From positions 33,411 to 97,410 of the forward strand of contig JADZEO010000010.1 in NCBI GenBank assembly GCA_020850475.1: a stretch of DNA of 64,000 nt, in the 5' to 3' direction. The notes below the pieces were generated by a model, which had not been told where the DNA came from, made no database searches, and saw only the letters and a list, made by a program, of their open reading frames with translations. The stretch is from Bdellovibrionales bacterium (GTDB taxonomy: Bacteria > Bdellovibrionota > Bdellovibrionia > Bdellovibrionales > UBA1609). Every line of letters starts with the position of its first letter. Positions within the stretch are counted from its first letter, which is position 1. Shown in pieces: positions 1-9,273 of this stretch. The position numbers were made by a program, and so were the translations under genes.

Positions 1-780
1 AGTGGCTGTGGTGACGCAATCCCCCGCCCCCATTTCATCGGGTCGGCAGAATCGCCATAGATTGCGTTCTGGATTGTTGAACACTCGCATCACAATCCGG
101 ATGTCAACACCTCGAAGAGGAACAGCCAAAGAGGCATTGGGTGGGTCAGGGTTTATAACTGCAACGTCGACCACATTTTCAAAGGAAATTGAACTGCCGT
201 TGGCCGAATTGTCTCCCGCGCGCAAGGGAATGGCGGCCCCGGGACCCATCGATTCTGTAATCCAAAGAACACCAGAGAACTGACTGGTTTGATGTTGGTA
301 ATACACACCGATGCCGTTGACGTCGGTGAGTTTATCTCCGGCGGCATTGCCACCGCTGCGTTGGGATTCCTTAAGAAAGGCCGCTAGAGTTGTGACTGGA
401 GGAGAGGGGATTGCGGCACTAAAATCCGAGGCGACGGTGTCGGGAGCCCTTACAAGCTGGCGAACCCGTCCGCAGGTATTACCGGCAAAACAAGAACCAG
501 CTGTGACCTGGGGATCAAAGGCGTTGAGGTCGTTGTTTCCCGCCCAGTACACGCCAAGGCCCTGACCCATGTGGCGCAAGATCGCCATGTTGGCCGTCAT
601 CAGGTTGTCAATCATATGCTGGCGCTGCTGACTGACTTTAACACCCTTGTTGGTTTCGATGATGAGAGTTCCCGCCGCCAGAAAAATGATCGAGGCAATG
701 ACCATCGAAATCATTAGCTCCGGAAGGGTAAATCCATATTGAGTCAAACTGAGAGAATGTTTTTGTTCGCTGTTTGGCAC
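1..780 (-). CDS. Type IV pilin-like / pseudopilin protein with prepilin-type N-terminal cleavage-methylation motif (partial; 3' end runs off the left edge; absent from the supplied ORF track)
   Basis: Own translation of the minus strand: GTG at 780 preceded by GGGGGAGGA. N-terminus VPNSEQKHSLSLTQYG/FTLPELMISMVIASIIFLAAG has the G/FxxxE site plus a hydrophobic helix. No tta/cta/tca triplet occurs in this frame over 1-780. An in-frame upstream stop lies at 796-798. Confidence 0.6.
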   Translation of the reverse strand, partial: MPNSEQKHSLSLTQYGFTLPELMISMVIASIIFLAAGTLIIETNKGVKVSQQRQHMIDNLMTANMAILRHMGQGLGVYWAGNNDLNAFDPQVTAGSCFAGNTCGRVRQLVRAPDTVASDFSAAIPSPPVTTLAAFLKESQRSGGNAAGDKLTDVNGIGVYYQHQTSQFSGVLWITESMGPGAAIPLRAGDNSANGSSISFENVVDVAVINPDPPNASLAVPLRGVDIRIVMRVFNNPERNLWRFCRPDEMGAGDCVTTAT

Positions 781-1114
781 TCCAAATCCTCCCCCTTATA
801 TACCTTAGGCTTATCGGCCTTGTGTCCGTTGCACTCAACCGAGGGAAGTGAAATGTCGGCGACGCAAAAATCGGTATGGGAGCTGGTCGTGAATAGGTTT
901 GATTTGAGTGCTTCAAATTGAGAATTGCATCAAACAGAAACACCAAGGCGCGACAGGGATTGTCGCGCTCCGGGCGTAGGCTGGTAATTGGCGGCAATTT
1001 TATTTTTGATGCAGAACTTCCATAGAGTTGCCGATGAGTTATGTAGAGCTGGAACAGGCAAAGGTCGGTTTCAACTCAGACAAGGGAATTGAAAATTAAC
1101 TTGGGGTAGTAAAC

Positions 1115-2806
1115 TTGTCTTGTCGAGCGTTTGTAAAGGTGAACAATAGCAAGGGTTTCTCGTTGCCCGAAGTGGTGGTTTCTATTGCCATCATTGGAGT
1201 GACGGCGCTTGGTATTTCGCAACTGTTCATTACGGGTGCAACCGGCACCAAGGCGATGAATCAAACCAGCGCCTGCGTGAACCACTTGAACTCGGTGGTC
1301 AACCGCCTGCGTTCACTCGGCACTCGAGTCGTAGTCGGTGACTTCCTGCCCGCCCTCGGTGGTTCTCTAGTTAATCGCTGGGCAGTCGATGGGGTCGGTA
1401 CAGTCGCCATTGAGCAAGATATCACCGCAATCAATCCAGCGGATCGTTACCCTGGCATCGCTACTTTTAACATCACCAACGTACCCGCCAACCCGGCGGA
1501 TGTCTTATTGTTGCGTTCTCCTCATCTGATTCAAGGGGTGATGGGTGGTGTGCTTGCGATTTACAATAGCAATACTGCGGCCTTTTGCACGGGCGCGACA
1601 GGGAGTATTTATAACGTTCCTCCAGGACCTGTGCTGAGCTCTCTTTTTGCTCCCTCGTCTAACGCCCAAACTTTAATTGGCCTTGAGACGCGGATTCGAG
1701 TCCAGCCATACAACTTAGCCACCGGTTTGATCGATGGTGCCTGTCCGTCCCCGCTCATTATTGCTCCGCGGGGCTCGCCTGCTCACATGCCTAACATCAT
1801 GGCGAGCGGACGCACGGGCGGAATCGCCACCGGCCTTGTGGCTGGTGGACCCGCTGGAACAGCAACCGAAAATCAAAACTTAGTCAACTGGGGTGCGGGA
1901 GTTCGAAACGATCTTGGTTTGCTTGTAACTTTGCGGGCGAATTACACTGACGTTAACGCGGTTCCTATGGGGTGCACGGCCGAGATGCGCCTTCAGTATC
2001 CAGAAGACACCGGAGTTCCGGGAGCTCCCAATATCGTGATCAACCGCAACTCGACGTGGGATAATCCGGCGACCAGCCCGGCGACGGCCCGCACTGGAGA
2101 GTCACCGGTGGGGCCGTTGACGGTAACTGAGACTGATGTGAACTGCCAAACCCGCACTCAAAATGATGTTCGGTTCCAGATTGGTTACACCGTTGCCAAC
2201 ACGAACGAAGCTGGCACTGTGCTGCTTTGTCGGGATCGCTCCTACCAATTGCCGCCACCTGAGAGTGCCGCGGCAAGCTCTTACTTTGCTGCTTGCTTGG
2301 TGGGCGGGGTGCCGGACCTGTCTCGAGCCCAATATCCTCCGGCGGCCTATTTTGCGCCAGGTACCGATGGGCTACCCCGACCGCAACACGATAACACGGC
2401 CTGGGCCCCTGGCGGAACCGTTGACGTTCCCTATATTCTTGGTATTGGTGCGCCTTGGGGCTATGTTCCTCCCGCGAACTTCATTAATGTCGGCGACAAT
2501 ATATGGGTGCCCTGTGACCAGGTTCAAGTTTGCGGAGAAAACCCGACCGGTGGTGGTGTCAACTTGGGTGGCGGCGTGAAATCCTATGATCTTATTTTTG
2601 CCAATCTCCCCTCGGGTTGTGTCATGCAGCTAGATGTGAGGTCCGTTGACTCGGCGGGAAACCTTTCGCCCATTCGTAGCATTGACAACACCACAGTTGC
2701 CAGTGGAGCTAATATTGTGGAGTATCCGCGTTGCGGTGTCTGGTGCGGTGGTGGCGCGGCCTATGGTGCCCCACAAGGCTACTTCAGTTGCGGCGGCTGC
2801 CCGTAA
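1115..2806 (+). CDS. Large (563 aa) prepilin-type N-terminal cleavage/methylation domain protein (pilin-like adhesin or minor pilin)
   Basis: TTG start. N-terminus MSCRAFVKVNNSKG/FSLPEVVVSIAIIGVTALG matches the prepilin peptidase motif with E at +5. The tail is Cys/Gly-rich (CGVWCGGG...FSCGGCP). It is divergent from the pilin-like gene at 1-780. Confidence 0.65.
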   Translation: MSCRAFVKVNNSKGFSLPEVVVSIAIIGVTALGISQLFITGATGTKAMNQTSACVNHLNSVVNRLRSLGTRVVVGDFLPALGGSLVNRWAVDGVGTVAIEQDITAINPADRYPGIATFNITNVPANPADVLLLRSPHLIQGVMGGVLAIYNSNTAAFCTGATGSIYNVPPGPVLSSLFAPSSNAQTLIGLETRIRVQPYNLATGLIDGACPSPLIIAPRGSPAHMPNIMASGRTGGIATGLVAGGPAGTATENQNLVNWGAGVRNDLGLLVTLRANYTDVNAVPMGCTAEMRLQYPEDTGVPGAPNIVINRNSTWDNPATSPATARTGESPVGPLTVTETDVNCQTRTQNDVRFQIGYTVANTNEAGTVLLCRDRSYQLPPPESAAASSYFAACLVGGVPDLSRAQYPPAAYFAPGTDGLPRPQHDNTAWAPGGTVDVPYILGIGAPWGYVPPANFINVGDNIWVPCDQVQVCGENPTGGGVNLGGGVKSYDLIFANLPSGCVMQLDVRSVDSAGNLSPIRSIDNTTVASGANIVEYPRCGVWCGGGAAYGAPQGYFSCGGCP

Positions 2807-2932
2807 TATCAATACCACCGAGATTGCCGTTGGCTAGTTTGCCGAACCTGTCGAGTTGATCGACAGCAGCAAGCGTTTCGACAGCCCGGTTTTAATAGAC
2901 CCCAAAATTTTGCGTTATGCCGGAATGCTGAC

Positions 2933-2948
2933 TGGTCCGCCTCTTGCT
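2933..2948 (+). promoter_or_regulatory. Candidate sigma-54 (-24/-12) promoter TGGTCC-N5-TTGCT
   Basis: GG and GC lie at the canonical 12-nt register, about 60 nt upstream of the ATG at 3007. The -24 half is imperfect. Confidence 0.35.
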
Positions 2949-3006
2949 TAGTCTTAATATAGAGCGAGAACCGGGGATGTCTCAGAATGAGACAAGGTAA
3001 TTGAGC

Positions 3007-3597
3007 ATGAACGCAAAACTCATCAAACAACTTACGAGACTAATTTGCATTGCACTGGTCGCCACGCCCGGAAGTTTGTGGGCGGCGGTTCGGAATCCCT
3101 TCGCCTTGACCTACATGGAAGGCTACGATCTCGACCTGAGCGCCATCGAAAAAATCAGACCTCGTGAAGAGCTGGCGCGAATTAAGACTGAAAACTACAT
3201 TCCTTTGAGTTTGGCCGCGACCGACGACGGCGATGAAGTGGCGGCGCGCATTTTAGCCCATAGTTTGGGAAAGATTTTTGAGTCGCCTCATCTGCGGCGC
3301 ACGGGTTTTGGCTATGCGGTCTATACCATTAACGAATCAGTGAACGGGCAAGTCACCTTTGGGGGCGACGGCTCTGGTGTTCGCCACCAGCTGCGCTTTC
3401 AATTGAAGGCCGCAGAAACATTGGCGCAAATCAAGTACCAAGGCTATCTCGATGCGAAGTTGGCTTACCGGATTGACAGCCGCACCCTTGATTTCGAAAT
3501 GGTCAAGAGTGTAGGTCAACAAACGAGTGTCGTTTTTAACCACTCCGATCTTCCGGGTGAAGTGAAGGACTTGGTTTCGTTGCGTTGGCTGTTTTAG
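3007..3597 (+). CDS. Hypothetical secreted / outer-membrane-like protein
   Basis: ORF track 3001..3597, with ATG at 3007 giving MNAKLIKQLTRLICIALVATPGSLWAAV (signal-peptide-like). The C-terminus ends ...SLRWLF, an aromatic end typical of OM beta-barrel proteins. No family recognised. Confidence 0.5.
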   Translation: MNAKLIKQLTRLICIALVATPGSLWAAVRNPFALTYMEGYDLDLSAIEKIRPREELARIKTENYIPLSLAATDDGDEVAARILAHSLGKIFESPHLRRTGFGYAVYTINESVNGQVTFGGDGSGVRHQLRFQLKAAETLAQIKYQGYLDAKLAYRIDSRTLDFEMVKSVGQQTSVVFNHSDLPGEVKDLVSLRWLF

Positions 3598-4997
3598 GCC
3601 GAAGCTTCAGGCGGCGCGAGCCCCTTCTTCTTAATCTTTTCAACCAAAGTTGTGCGATTGAGTTTCAGGAGAATGGCTGCTTGATTGCGGTTCCAGCCGG
3701 TCTTCTCTAGAGCCTTGAGGATCAGCGCATTTTCAAAGCCATCGACTGCGGTATTAAAATCCATTCCGTTTTCTGGAATATTGAGGCGCTCGGGACCCGA
3801 CGAAGCCGTGAGGTTGTTGCAAACCTGGTACTTGCCAGGCAGATCGCCAGTCAAAACCAAGCCTTCTCCCTTGAGAATGGTGAGCCGTTCGACGAGGTTT
3901 TCAAGTTCGCGAATGTTCCCCGGCCAATTGTAGCGGGACAAGATTTCCATGGCATCGGGAGCGACACCCGTCAGCTTGCGTTCGCGCCCGCGGTTGAATT
4001 GTTCCATAAAATGGTGAATCAAAAGCGGGATGTCGCTCGGACGGTGCCGCAAGGGGGGTATCGCAATCGGTATGACATTGAGACGATAATAAAGATCCTC
4101 GCGAAAGCGCCCGTCTTCGACGGCGCGTTCGAGGTTGGCGTTCGTCGCGGCGACCACGCGCACGTTGGCGGTGATCGTCTTGGTGCTACCGACAGGCTCA
4201 AAGGTTCGCTCCTGCAATACGCGCAGAAGTTTCACTTGCAGGTTGGCGCTCATATCGCCGATCTCATCCAAAAACAGCGTTCCGCCTTCGGCCATTTCAA
4301 ACCGACCCACGCGATTGGCAATTGCTCCGGTGAAGGCCCCTTTAATGTGGCCAAATAATTCGCTTTCAAGGAGTTCACTGGGGATAGCCCCACAGTTGAT
4401 CGGAATAAATGGTTTGGTGGCGCGATCCGAATTAAAGTGAATCGCCTTGGCCACCAGCTCCTTGCCCGTGCCGCTTTCACCGGTAATCAGAACGGTGGAG
4501 TCTGATTCGGCGACTCTTTCAACCAGTCCGAGGACGTTCATGATCTCATCGCTTTGGCCGACGATGTTGTCGAAGCGATATTTTTTCTGAAGCGCCGATC
4601 GGAGCTGTTGATTTTCACTTTTGAGCTCGCGATGTTGCAGAGCTTTTTCGACCAACAAAGTAACTTCATCTAAATTGAAGGGTTTGCAAACAAAGTGAAA
4701 CGCGCCTTTTTGCGTGGCCTCGACCGCCGACTCGATGGTGCCAAAGCCAGTCAGGATAATGACCTGGAGGTTGGGCTGGTGCACCTGGAGTTTTGACATC
4801 AGCGCAATTCCATCACCGTCCGGTAGACGCAAATCCACGAGAGCTAAGTCGATGGTGGTCTCAGATTGTGAGAAGGTTTCGGCTTCGGCGCAGTTGCCGG
4901 CCGTAATCACTTGGTAACCTTTTCGGTCTAAGGCCCTGAACAGTGCGGTTCGGAGGCTGGTTTCATCGTCAACGATAAGGATTCTTCGCGCTTGCAT
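3594..4997 (-). CDS. Sigma-54-dependent response regulator (NtrC/PilR-like: receiver + AAA+ + Fis-type HTH)
   Basis: MQARRILIVDDE receiver start (internal Met of ORF 3594..5030, GGAAGGGAG upstream). Walker A GESGTGKE, GAFTGA loop, and C-terminal HTH NRNQAAILLKLNRTTL. Confidence 0.9.
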   Translation of the reverse strand: MQARRILIVDDETSLRTALFRALDRKGYQVITAGNCAEAETFSQSETTIDLALVDLRLPDGDGIALMSKLQVHQPNLQVIILTGFGTIESAVEATQKGAFHFVCKPFNLDEVTLLVEKALQHRELKSENQQLRSALQKKYRFDNIVGQSDEIMNVLGLVERVAESDSTVLITGESGTGKELVAKAIHFNSDRATKPFIPINCGAIPSELLESELFGHIKGAFTGAIANRVGRFEMAEGGTLFLDEIGDMSANLQVKLLRVLQERTFEPVGSTKTITANVRVVAATNANLERAVEDGRFREDLYYRLNVIPIAIPPLRHRPSDIPLLIHHFMEQFNRGRERKLTGVAPDAMEILSRYNWPGNIRELENLVERLTILKGEGLVLTGDLPGKYQVCNNLTASSGPERLNIPENGMDFNTAVDGFENALILKALEKTGWNRNQAAILLKLNRTTLVEKIKKKGLAPPEASA

Positions 4998-5198
4998 CCC
5001 GCTCCCTTCCTTGGTTTCCAACCATCTCAATCCTTGAGATGTGATCAGTTACGAACTCTTGCGGCAAGCTGTCGTCTCTATGTGTATTTGCTCGAAGTAT
5101 TTTCGCAGTCGATTGTCTCTCTCGAGAGCAACCTCTACTAGGATCATGTTAAGGGTGGAGAATTGGCGCTGTCAAATTTTCCAGTCAAAAAGTTGGCT

Positions 5199-7112
5199 CT
5201 AAGCCTTTAAATCTGGACGTTTCACGGTAATTCTTGCCGAGGCTCCAGAGCCAGTCTGGGAAGTAATTTCCAGTGTTCCACCATGATCAGTAATGATCGA
5301 AAACGCCACGGTTAATCCCAAGCCTGGATTATGGGCGGTGCTCTTGGTGGTATAAAGTGGGTTAAAAATTTTTTGCTGGTCTTTGGTAGCAATGCCGGTG
5401 CCGTTGTCATTTATATATATTTGATAGACGTTTTTTTTAACCTCAAGGGTGATGTCAATTTGTCCTGGAAAGCCCGGCACCTGGCTCATTCGCTCGACCA
5501 CGGCATCGATGGCATTTTGCAGGAGATTCCGGAGAGCTTGATTGAACTGAGCGGGCTGGCCCTTGAACGGGGCCGGCGCACCCGGAGTCTGGGCATTCAG
5601 CGCGATTCCTTGACTGCGGGTTTGGAGTTCCATAATCCGAACGGCTTGTTGGATGGACTCGCCGAGGTCGAACACCTGACCTTCGGCCTCGCCGCTCATG
5701 CGGGCAAAGCCCAACAAGTTTTCGACGATTTCTTTGCATCGTTTGGCGGCCTCTTCCATGGCCGCGACATCCTCTTTGATTTCGCTGCTGGGATCGAGAT
5801 CCATATTGATAAGCTGAAGAAACGACATGATTCCGCCCAGGGGATTGTTCAGCTCGTGGGCGATGCTGCTGCCAATTGTTCCCAACTCGGCCATCTTAGC
5901 ACTTTCCAAAACCTGTCGCTCAAGGCTCAGCTGTTCGGTGATGTTACGAAACAACACCAACCGTCCGTTGTCGAGCCGTGATTTGATGTTAAGGGGGCGC
6001 TGCGAGACTTCCCATACCCGGCGGTCATGATGATCCGTCGAAAACACTTCCCAGCGCGAACTCTCTCCGGAGCGGACCGAGGCGGGAGGGCTTTGTCCTG
6101 TCAGAGCAGTAAAGCAGTCCTTGCCGAGCAACTGATTGTAGGACTTTCCGGACGACTCCATGTAGGCGCGATTCATGCGAATCACGAAGTAATCGTTGTC
6201 GGTGATACACAAGGGCTCGGCAATCGCATCAAAGGTGGCTTCCCACTGGGCCTTAAAGCTACGAGTTTGCTCGAGGGCTTGCAGGCGCCCGAGGGCGAGA
6301 GCGACCGTCTCGGTGATTTGGTTGAGAAATTCAATTTCGATGTTAGAAAAATCCGCGCGCTCCACGGGGCGAGCGAAGCAGATGCTGCCGGCCTTTTTGT
6401 CATTGATGTGCAAAGGCGACTTGTACACGCGAATCGACCCCGCCGCCATGAGCGGATCAGTTCCGAGCAGGCTGCTCTGAGAAGAAAACAAAATTCTCGT
6501 CCAACTGAGCTGAAGGTGTTTGGCCAAGGCTTCGTTGAGAAATCGTTCCATCTCGCCCACGCTTTGCGCCTGGTGGATGGCTAACAGCGCGCTGTGGAGC
6601 GCTTCGATTTGTTGGTTGGTTTGCAGCAGGCGTTGTTCGGCGCGCGAGAGATAGCGTTGTCGCTTTTGCACTTTTTCTTCGAGTTCTTTATTGATCTTCT
6701 TGAGACGCTCGTTTTGCTCATGAACCAAGCGTAGCAGGTCGGCGTTTTGCCGCGATTGTCGATAGGCGGCCAGAGCCGATTGGACAATTTCACTCAACTG
6801 ACCTTCGTCGTACCCGCTCATCACGTGGAAGGGGTGGCAGCGATTGATCAGACGTCGTAAGTTTGCCCCGTTGAGTCCCTGATTGGCAAAAATGATTTCC
6901 GTTTCAGGCGATTGTTTTTTAAGGACGTCAAGGAGGTAGTTGAGTTCGTTGAAGAGAGAATCACTGGCGGGCAACACCGCCACACCAAACGCATGTTGAG
7001 TAATGAGGGATTCGGCCGCGGCGAGTGAAGGCACCCAATCGGCGCCCAGTAGACTTTGGACTTCCGCATTGCCGCCCGCTAACAAGATGCTGGAGCGAAC
7101 ATCCGTAGACAT
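5199..7112 (-). CDS. Soluble sensor histidine kinase (receiver-like N-domain, coiled coil, GAF/PAS-like region, HisKA, HATPase)
   Basis: H-box SSIAHELNNPL; N/G boxes NLLQNAIDA, DNGTGI, GLGLTV. No obvious transmembrane segment. Its start lies 4 nt from the stop of the upstream M14 gene. Confidence 0.85.
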   Translation of the reverse strand: MSTDVRSSILLAGGNAEVQSLLGADWVPSLAAAESLITQHAFGVAVLPASDSLFNELNYLLDVLKKQSPETEIIFANQGLNGANLRRLINRCHPFHVMSGYDEGQLSEIVQSALAAYRQSRQNADLLRLVHEQNERLKKINKELEEKVQKRQRYLSRAEQRLLQTNQQIEALHSALLAIHQAQSVGEMERFLNEALAKHLQLSWTRILFSSQSSLLGTDPLMAAGSIRVYKSPLHINDKKAGSICFARPVERADFSNIEIEFLNQITETVALALGRLQALEQTRSFKAQWEATFDAIAEPLCITDNDYFVIRMNRAYMESSGKSYNQLLGKDCFTALTGQSPPASVRSGESSRWEVFSTDHHDRRVWEVSQRPLNIKSRLDNGRLVLFRNITEQLSLERQVLESAKMAELGTIGSSIAHELNNPLGGIMSFLQLINMDLDPSSEIKEDVAAMEEAAKRCKEIVENLLGFARMSGEAEGQVFDLGESIQQAVRIMELQTRSQGIALNAQTPGAPAPFKGQPAQFNQALRNLLQNAIDAVVERMSQVPGFPGQIDITLEVKKNVYQIYINDNGTGIATKDQQKIFNPLYTTKSTAHNPGLGLTVAFSIITDHGGTLEITSQTGSGASARITVKRPDLKA

Positions 7113-7116
7113 GAGC

Positions 7117-7806
7117 TCATTTTAAGGGAAGAGGAATCTCTTGCCCAAAGATCTTTTGCAAACCCGGTCCGAAGCGGGTCCAGGTTTCCGTGGCCGAGAC
7201 GCGCTCCTCTTCCTCGGTACAAATGACGGGTATGCCTTGGTCCAGCCATCCCCATTGTCCTAGACTGCCTGGCGTCGGGTAGCCAATGTCGGGTTGAACG
7301 GGATACCCTGAACTTTCGGAGAGGAATCGGGGCGCGGGATGATTGGGTGGACCGGCAAACACCACCGATGGCTTCCATGAGTGAAAGTGCACGATCAAGC
7401 GCGGACGGACTTGCGCAACCAAGTGGACCAGGGCTTGGATTTCGGGTTCGCTGGCGGGTGCGGGGCCGGGAAAATACCGAGCCTCGCGGTGCTGGGGCGA
7501 CCAATCTCGCGAGGGAAAGTTGCGATTTAAATCCACGCCGTGATGATTGGTTCTTTGATTGCGACTAAAGCCGTCGGGATTTAAGCATTCAATGAGGACC
7601 CAGCTGTTTTTGACTGTGGCGGTGTGACTTTTTAGCCACGCCAAAAGCTGTTGTGCAAGTGCCACGCCTTCGGGTTCGTCGCCATGAACTCCACCGATCA
7701 ATAGCAAGGGTCGAAGGGACGCCAATTCAACAAGAGGATGAGAGTGGTAGAGCGTAATCTTGTGGCCGCCTGCGGACGTTGCCCACTGAGGTGATTCGAG
7801 ACTCAT
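7117..7806 (-). CDS. M14-family zinc carboxypeptidase / murein peptide amidase (MpaA-like)
   Basis: Motifs GGVHGDEPEG, NPDG, NRNF and a later H in HFHSW fit the M14 zinc site. The start is taken at the internal Met (MSLESPQW); the track ORF extends to 7848. Confidence 0.7.
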   Translation of the reverse strand: MSLESPQWATSAGGHKITLYHSHPLVELASLRPLLLIGGVHGDEPEGVALAQQLLAWLKSHTATVKNSWVLIECLNPDGFSRNQRTNHHGVDLNRNFPSRDWSPQHREARYFPGPAPASEPEIQALVHLVAQVRPRLIVHFHSWKPSVVFAGPPNHPAPRFLSESSGYPVQPDIGYPTPGSLGQWGWLDQGIPVICTEEEERVSATETWTRFGPGLQKIFGQEIPLPLK

Positions 7807-7863
7807 CTTTGTGACACCACGTCCTTTCTTGACCTTTGCTGGGTCCAATCATAACTAGAATAC

Positions 7864-9270
7864 ATGGCAAAAAAGGGTTTTTCTACCATTCTGTTGGCGG
7901 CGGGCAAAGGGACACGCATGAAGTCCCCTCTTCCGAAGGTTCTTCACCCGGTCGCTGGGCAACCCATGCTCGTGCGAGTGATTCGTGAAATCAAGAACGC
8001 GGGTGCCAAAGAAGTGCGGGTCGTGCTGGGGTTTGGTCAGGACTTGGTCAAACAAGTTGTTGAACCACTCGGTGTCGTTTTCTTTCAGCAAAAAGAGCAA
8101 AGAGGAACCGGAGATGCCGTGCGGTCGGCAGAGCCGGGTTCTTTGGACGGTACCGTGCTGATCATCAACGGCGATCATCCGCTGGTTGAGGCTGACGAGC
8201 TCAAGACTTTGGTGAGCCAGTTCGAACAATCAGATTGGGATTTGTGTGTGGTCACGGCGACGGTCAAAAATCCGACGGGCTTAGGGCGAATTGTTCGCCA
8301 CAACGGCGAGATCAAAGCCATTGTTGAAGAGAAAGATGCCTCTCACGAAACTCGCAAAATTCGCGAGATCAACTCCGGCATTTATCTGGTGCGGGCCGAA
8401 GTCTTGCAAGAGTACTTGCCGAAAATCAAAAGTCAGAATCAGCAGGGTGAATTTTATTTGACCGACATTATCTCCTTGGGACTACAGGGCGGAGCGCGAG
8501 TCAAGGCGCTTGCAGCCAGTCGCAGTTTGGCCTTTGGCGTGAATAGTCAAGCGGAGCTCGCCACCGCCACAGGTGCGATCTATCGCCGTAAGGCGCGCCG
8601 ACTCATGGACTCGGGTGTCGTGGTCATCGATCCTCGCGCTGTTTATGTCGAAGACGAAGTCAAGATCGGCGAGGGCTCCGTGATTTATCCTGGAGTCACC
8701 ATCAAGGGAGCGACTGAAATCGGTCGATTTTGTGTGATCGAGCCCCAGGCGTTTTTGAATCAATGCAAAGTGGGAGACTCGGTACAGATCAAAGTGGGTT
8801 CCTATATCGAAGCGGCGGTGGTGAAAGACCGCGCCCAAGTCGGACCCTACGCGCATCTTCGGCCTGAGACGGAAATCGGCGAAGAGGCGAAGGTGGGTAA
8901 TTTTGTCGAGCTCAAAAAGGTCAATTTTGGCGATCGCGCGAAGGCTTCGCATCTCACCTATTTGGGCGATGCTGAAATTGGCGCCGACACCAACATTGGC
9001 TGTGGTACCATTACTTGCAATTACGCCGTTGATCGCAAAAAGTATAAAACCGTGATCGGTAAAGATGTTTTTGTCGGGAGTGACACCCAGTTTATTGCTC
9101 CGGTTACGATTGGTGACGGAGCGGTTATCGCATCCGGCTCAACCATTACTAAAGATGTTCCGGCGAGGGCTCTGGCGGTGGCGCGTGGCCGTCAGATGAC
9201 TAAAGAGAATTACAAGCCGAAGTCATCGACGGCGTCGGCAAAACCCTCGGGCCTTGGGAAAGAAAAGTGA
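7864..9270 (+). CDS. glmU: Bifunctional UDP-N-acetylglucosamine pyrophosphorylase / GlcN-1-P N-acetyltransferase
   Basis: LAAGKGTRMKS nucleotidyltransferase motif, C-terminal left-handed beta-helix hexapeptide repeats, 468 aa, directly upstream of glmS. Confidence 0.95.
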   Translation: MAKKGFSTILLAAGKGTRMKSPLPKVLHPVAGQPMLVRVIREIKNAGAKEVRVVLGFGQDLVKQVVEPLGVVFFQQKEQRGTGDAVRSAEPGSLDGTVLIINGDHPLVEADELKTLVSQFEQSDWDLCVVTATVKNPTGLGRIVRHNGEIKAIVEEKDASHETRKIREINSGIYLVRAEVLQEYLPKIKSQNQQGEFYLTDIISLGLQGGARVKALAASRSLAFGVNSQAELATATGAIYRRKARRLMDSGVVVIDPRAVYVEDEVKIGEGSVIYPGVTIKGATEIGRFCVIEPQAFLNQCKVGDSVQIKVGSYIEAAVVKDRAQVGPYAHLRPETEIGEEAKVGNFVELKKVNFGDRAKASHLTYLGDAEIGADTNIGCGTITCNYAVDRKKYKTVIGKDVFVGSDTQFIAPVTIGDGAVIASGSTITKDVPARALAVARGRQMTKENYKPKSSTASAKPSGLGKEK

Positions 9271-9273
9271 TTT

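Noticed and set aside
2-565. Track ORFs 2..283 (+), 153..353 (-) and 311..565 (+)
   Set aside because: They lie inside, and out of frame with or antisense to, the much better supported prepilin-type gene on the minus strand (1-780). They have no recognisable motifs.
811-818. Exact sigma-28 -10 box GCCGATAA (minus strand) about 30 nt upstream of the pilin-like GTG; the same octamer also occurs at 41296-41303 inside the long hairpin
   Set aside because: No TAAA-type -35 sits at the 15-nt spacing. An 8-mer is expected about twice by chance in 128 kb of two-strand sequence.
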